DNA of 64,000 bases, taken from the NCBI GenBank assembly GCA_964016885.1, contig OZ024740.1, forward strand, positions 10,292,001-10,356,000. Reading direction: 5' to 3'. The DNA comes from Eledone cirrhosa. Taxonomy: Eukaryota. The notes under the pieces are model-generated. The model did not search any database. It was not told the origin of the DNA and was given only the letters and a program-made list of their open reading frames with translations. Position 1 is the first letter of the stretch, and each line of letters starts with the position of its first letter. A program made the translations under genes and the position numbers. Of the stretch, positions 57,401 through 64,000 are shown piece by piece.

Positions 57401-60400
57401 ACCACCCTAGCATGGTGTCCCACTCTCTACCGATACTGCCAATCCACCACACTAGCATGGTGTCCCACTCTCTACCGATACTGCCAATCCACCCCCCTAG
57501 CATGGTGTCAGACCCTCTACCGATACTGCCATTCCACCACCCTAGCATGGTGTCCCACCCTCTACCGATACTGCCAATCCACCACCCTAGCATGGTGTCA
57601 GACCCTCTACCGATACTGCCAATCCACCACACTAGCATGGTGTCCCACTCTCTACCGATACTGCCAATCCACCACCCTAGCATGGTGTCCCACCCTCTAC
57701 CGATACTGCCAATTCACCACCCTAGCATGGTGTCCCACTCTCTACCGATACTGCCAATCCACCACCCTAGCATGGTGTCCGACCCTCTACCGATACTGAC
57801 AATCGACCACCCTAGCATGGTGTCAGACCCTCTACCGATACTGCCAATCCACCACCCTAGCATGGTGTCCGATCCTCTACCGATACTCCCAATCTACCCC
57901 CCTAGCATGGTGTCAGACCCTCTACCGATACTGCCAATCCACAACCCTAGCATGGTGTCAGACCCTCTACTGATACTGCATATCCACCGCCCTAGCATGG
58001 TGTCCGACCCTCTACCGATACTGCCAATCCACCACCCTAGCATGGTGTCAGACCCTCTACCGATACTGCCAATCCACGACCCTAGCATGGTGTCCCACCC
58101 TCTACCGATACTGCCAATCAACCACCCTAGCATGGTGTCCAACCCTCTACCGATACTGCCAATCCACCACCCTAGCATGGTGTCAGACCCTCTACCGATA
58201 CTGCCAATCCACCACCCTAGCATGGTGTCAGACCCTCTACCGATACTGCCAATCCACCACCCTAGCATGGTCTCCCACCCTCTACCGATACTGCCAATCA
58301 ACCACCCTAGCATGGTGTCCAACCCTCTACCGATACTGCCAATCCACCACCCTAGCATGGTGTCAGACCCTCTACCGATACTGCCAATCCACCACCCTAG
58401 CATGGTGTCAGACCCTCTACCGATACTGCCAATCCACCACCCTAGCATGGTCTCCCACCCTCTACCGATACTGCCAATCAACCACCCTAGCATGGTGTCC
58501 AACCCTCTACCGATACTGCCAATCCACCACCCTAGCATGGTGTCAGACCCTCTACCGATACTGCCAATCCACCACCCTAGCATGGTGTCAGACCCTCTAC
58601 CGATACTGCCAATCCACCACCCTAGCATGGTCTCCCACCCTCTACCGATACTGCCAATCCACCACCCTAGCATGGTCTCCCACCCTCTACCGATACTGCC
58701 AATCCACCACCCTAGCATGGTGTCCCACCCTCTACCGATACTGCCAATCCACCACCCTAGCATGGTGTCCCACCCTCTACCGATACTACCAATCCACCCC
58801 CCTAGCATGGTGTCCCACCCTCTACCGATACTACCAATCCACCCCCCTAGCATGGTGTCCAACCCTCTACCGATACTGCCAATCCACCACCCTAGCATGG
58901 TGTCCCACCCTCTACCGATACTGCCAATCCACCACCCTAGCATGGTGTCAGACCCTCTACCGATACTGCCAATCCACCGCCCTAGCATGGTGTCAGACCC
59001 TCTACCGATACTGCCAATCCACCACCCTAGCATGGTCTCCCACCCTCTACCGATACTGCCAATCCACCACCCTAGCATGGTGTCCCACCCTCTACCGATA
59101 CTGCCAATCCACCACCCTAGCATGGTGTCAGACCCTCTACCGATACTGCCAATCCACCACCCTAGCATGGTGTCAGACCCTCTACCGATACTGCCAATCC
59201 ACCACCCTAGCATGGTGTCCCACCCTCTACCGATCCTGCCATCCACCACCCTAGCATGGTGTCAGAACCTCTACCGATACTGCCAATCCACAACCCTAGC
59301 ATGGTGTCAGACCCTCTACCGATACTGCCAATACACCACCCTAGCATGGTGTCAGACCCTCTACCGATACTGCCAATCCACCGCCCTAGCATGGTGTCCG
59401 ACCCTCTACCGATACTGCCAATCCACCGCCCTAGCATGGTGTCAGACCCTCTACCGATACTGCAAATCCACCGCCCTAGCATGGTGTCCGACCCTCTACC
59501 GATACTGCCAATCCACCGCCATAGCATGGTGTCAGACCCTCTACCGATACTGCCAATCGACAACCCTAGCATGGTGTCCCACTCTCTACCGATACTGCCA
59601 ATCCACCACCATAGCATGGTGTCCGACCCTCTACCGATACTGCCAATCCACCACCCTAGCATGGTGTCACACCCTCTACCGATACTGCCAATCCACCACC
59701 CTAGCATGGTGTCAGACGCTCTACCGATACTGCCAATCCACCACCCTAGCATGGTGTCCCACCCTCTACCGATACTGCCAATCCACCAGCCTAGCATGGT
59801 GTCCCACCCGCTACCGATACTGCCAATCCACCACCCTAGCATGGTGTCAGACCCTCTACCGATACTGCCAATCCACCACACTAGCATGGTGTCCCACTCT
59901 CTACCGATACTGCCAATCCACCACCCTAGCATGGTGTCCCACCCTCTACCGATACTGCCAATCCACCACCCTAGCATGGTGTCCCACTCTCTACCGATAC
60001 TGCCAATCCACCACACTAGCATGGTGTCCCACTCTCTACCGATACTGCCAATCCACCACCCTAGCATGGTGTCCCACCCTCTACCGATACTGCCAATCCA
60101 CCACCCTAGCATGGTGTCCGATCCTCTACCGATACTGCCAATCCACCCCCCTAGCATGGTGTCAGACCCTCTACCGATACTGCCAATCCACCACCCTAGC
60201 ATGGTGTCCCACCCTCTACCGATACTGCCAATCCACCACCCTAGCATGGTGTCAGACCCTCTACCGATACTGCCAATCCACAACCCTAGCATGGTGTCAG
60301 ACCCTCTACCGATACTGCCAATCCACCGCCCTAGCATGGTGTCAGACCCTCTACAGATACTGCAAATCCACCGCCCTAGCATGGTGTCCGACCCTCTACC

Positions 60401-63400
60401 GATACTGCCAATCCACCGCCCTAGCATGGTGTCAGACCCTCTACCGATACTGCCAATCCACAACCCTAGCATGGTGTCAGACCCTCTACTGATACTGCAA
60501 ATCCACCACCCTAGCATGGTGTCCGACCCTCTACCGATACTGCCAATCCACCACCCTAGCATGGTGTCCGACCCTCTACCGATACTGCCAATCCACCGCC
60601 CTAGCATGGTGTCAGAACCTCTACCGATACTGCCAATCCACCACCCTAGCATGGTGTCCGACCCTCTACCGATACTGCCAATCCACCGCCCAAGCATGGT
60701 GTCAGACCCTCTACCGATACTGCCAATCCACCGCCCTAGCATGGTGTCAGAACCTCTACCGATACTGCCAATCCACCGCCCAAGCATGGTGTCAGACCCT
60801 CTACCGATACTGCCAATCCACCACCCTAGCATGGTGTCAGACCCTCTACCGATACTGCCAATCCACCACCCTAGCATGGTGTCCGACCCTCTACCGATAC
60901 TGCCAATCCACCGCCCAAGCATGGTGTCAGACCCTCTACCGATACTGCCAATCCACCGCCCTAGCATGGTGTCAGAACCTCTACCGATACTGCCAATCCA
61001 CCGCCCAAGCATGGTGTCAGACCCTCTACCGATACTGCCAATCCACCGCCCAAGCATGGTGTCAGACCCTCTACTGATACTGCCAATCCACCGCCCAAGC
61101 ATGGTGTCAGACCCTCTACCGATACTGCCAATCCACCACCCTAGCATGGTGTCAGACCCTCTACCGATACTGCCAATCCACGACCCTAGCATGGTGTCCC
61201 ACCCTCTACCGATACTGCCAATCAACCACCCTAGCATGGTGTCCAACCCTCTACCGATACTGCCAATCCACCACCCTAGCATGGTGTCAGACCCTCTACC
61301 GATACTGCCAATCCACCACCCTAGCATGGTGTCCCACCCTCTACCGATACTGCCAATCCACCACCCTAGCATGGTGTCAGACCCTCTACCGATACTGACA
61401 ATCCACCACCCTAGCATGGTGTCAGACCCTCTACCGATACTGCCAATCCACCGCCCTAGCATGGTGTGTGACTCTCTACCGATACTGCCAATCCACCAAC
61501 CTAGCATGGTGTCCGACCCTCTACCGATACTGCCAGTCCACCACCCTAGCATGGTGTCAGACCCTCTACCGATACTGCCAATCCACCACCCTAGCATGGT
61601 GTCAGACCCTCTACCGATACTGCCAATCCACCACCCTAACATGGTGTCCGACCCTCTACCGATACTGCCAATCCACCACCCTAGCATGGTCTCCCACCCT
61701 CTACCGATACTGCCAATCCACCACCCTAGCATGGTTTCAGACCCTCTACCGATACTGCCAATCCACCACCCTAGCATGGTGTCAGACCCTCTACCGATAC
61801 TGCCAATCCACCACCCTAGCATGGTGTCCCACTCTCTACCGATACTGCCAATCCACCACCCTAGCATGGTGTCCCACCCTCTACCGACACTGCCAATCCA
61901 CCACCCTAGCATGGTGTCCCACCCTCTACCGATACTGCCAATCCACCACCCTAACATGGTGTCCGACCCTCTACCGATACTGCCAATCCACCACCCTAGC
62001 ATGGTCTCCCACCCTCTACCGATACTGCCAATCCACCACCCTAGCATGGTGTCCCACCCTCTACCGATACTGCCAATCCACCACCCTAGCATGGTGTCAG
62101 ACCCTCTACCGATACTGCCAATCCACCACCCTAACATGGTGTCCGACCCTCTACCGACACTGCCAATCCACCACCCTAGCATGGTGTCCCACCCTCTACC
62201 GATACTGCCAATCCACCACCCTAGCATGGTGTCCCACCCTCTACCGATACTGCCAATCCACCACCCTAGCATGGTGTCCCACCCTCTACCGATACTGCCA
62301 ATCCACCACCCTAGCATGGTGTCAGACCCTCTACCGATACTGCCAATCCACCACCCTAACATGGTGTCCGACCCTCTACCGACACTGCCAATCCACCACC
62401 CTAGCATGGTGTCCCACCCTCTACCGATACTGCCAATCCACCACCCTAGCATGGTGTCCCACCCTCTACCGATACTGCCAATCCACCACCCTAGCATGGT
62501 GTCCCACCCTCTACTGATACTGCCAATCCACCACCCTAGCATGGTGTCCCACCCTCTACCGATACTACCAATCCACCACGCTAGCATGGTGTCCCACTTT
62601 CTACCGATACTGCCAATCCACCACCCTAGCATGGTGTCCGACCCTCTACCGATACTGCCAATCCACCACCCTAGCATGGTGTCCCACCCTCTACCGATAC
62701 TGCCAATCCACCACCCTACCATGGTGTCCCACCCTCTACCTATACTGCCAATCCAACACCCTAGCATGGCATCCGACCCTCTACAGATACTGCCAATCCA
62801 CCACCCTAACATGGTGTCCGACCCTCTACCGATACTGCCAATCCACCACCCTAGCATGGTGTCCCACCCTCTACCTATACTGCCAATCCAACACCCTAGC
62901 ATGGCATCCGACCCTCTACAGATACTGCCAATCCACCACCCTAACATGGTGTCCGACCCTCTACCGATACTGCCAATCAACCACCCTAGCATGGTGTCCA
63001 ACCCTCTACCGATACTGCCAATCCACCACCCTAGCATGGTGTCAGACCCTCTACCGATACTGCCAATCCACCACCCTAGCATGGTGTCAGACCCTCTACC
63101 GATACTGCCAATCCACCACCCTAGCATGGTGTCCCACCCTCTACCGATACTGCCAATCCACCACCCTAGCATGATGTGAGACCCTCTACCGATACTGACA
63201 ATCCACCACCCTAGCATGGTGTCAGACCCTCTACCGATACTGCCAATCCACCGCCCTAGCATGGTGTGTGACTCTCTACCGATACTGCCAATCCACCACC
63301 CTAGCATGGTCTCCCACCCTCTACCGATACTGCCAATCCACCACCCTAGCATGGTGTCAGACCCTCTACCGATACTGCCAATCCACCACCCTAACATGGT

Positions 63401-64000
63401 GTCCGACCCTCTACCGATACTGCCAATCCACCACCCTAGCATGGTCTCCCACCCTCTACCGATACTGCCAATCCACCACCCTAGCATGGTGTCAGACGCT
63501 CTACCGATACTGCCAATCCACCACCCTAGCATGGTGTCAGACCCTCTACCGATACTGCCAATCCACCACCCTAGCATGGTGTCCCACTCTCTACCGATAC
63601 TGCCAATCCACCACCCTAGCATGGTGTCCCACCCTCTACCGACACTGCCAATCCACCACCCTAGCATGGTGTCCCACCCTCTACCGATACTGCCAATCCA
63701 CCACCCTAGCATGGTGTCCCACCCTCTACCGATACTGCCAATCCACCACCCTAGAATGGTGTCCCACCCTCTACCGATACTGCCAATCCACCACCATAGC
63801 ATGGTGTCCCACCCTCTACCGATACTGCCAATCCACCACCCTAGCATGGTGTCAGACCCTCTACCGATACTGACAATCCACCACCCTAGCATGGTGTGAG
63901 ACCCTCTACCGATACTGCCAATCCACCGCCCTAGCATGGTGTCTGACTCTCTACCGATACTGCCAATCCACCACCCTAGCATGGTGTCAGACCCTCTACC
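27498..64000. repeat. Giant 45-bp satellite array (about 810 monomers, open at the right edge) with higher-order repeats
   Basis: Uninterrupted tandem agcatggtgtc(c/a)(c/g)accctctaccgatactgccaatccaccaccct with occasional 44-bp variants. Confidence 0.99.

Noticed and set aside
27477-63982. Very long ORFs (SMVSHPLPILPIHHP)n, (MLGWWIGSIGRGWDT)n and (LAWCPTLYRYCQSTT)n as a His/Pro-rich structural protein
   Set aside because: The 45-bp period keeps three frames open on both strands, 1-bp deletion monomers are propagated through the HORs, and the monomer derives from a SINE head.

Overview
Eukaryotic, repeat-dense window with no confidently identifiable host gene. The SINE style, TA microsatellites and Neptune-type Penelope elements suggest a mollusc, probably octopus (inference only). 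Bases 1-27.5 kb hold nested, decayed mobile elements: an RTE/RTEX-like LINE, a young non-autonomous LTR element (320-bp LTRs, tRNA-Trp PBS, AGCT TSD), two Penelope-like elements with hammerhead ribozymes, a CR1-like 5' fragment, a hAT/Buster element with 8-bp TSD, an Expander-like RTE 3' end and tRNA-derived SINEs. These are mixed with tandem repeats of about 69, 80, 55, 40 and 17 bp, microsatellites and a TTAGGG-like tract. Bases 27.5-64 kb are one 45-bp satellite of about 810 monomers with multi-level higher-order structure. The main observation is that this monomer is the 5' head (Pol III A-box region) of a tRNA-derived SINE, and a 10-copy seed array is still attached to its parent SINE at 24.5-25.2 kb. 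All long ORFs in the satellite are artefacts of the 45-bp period.
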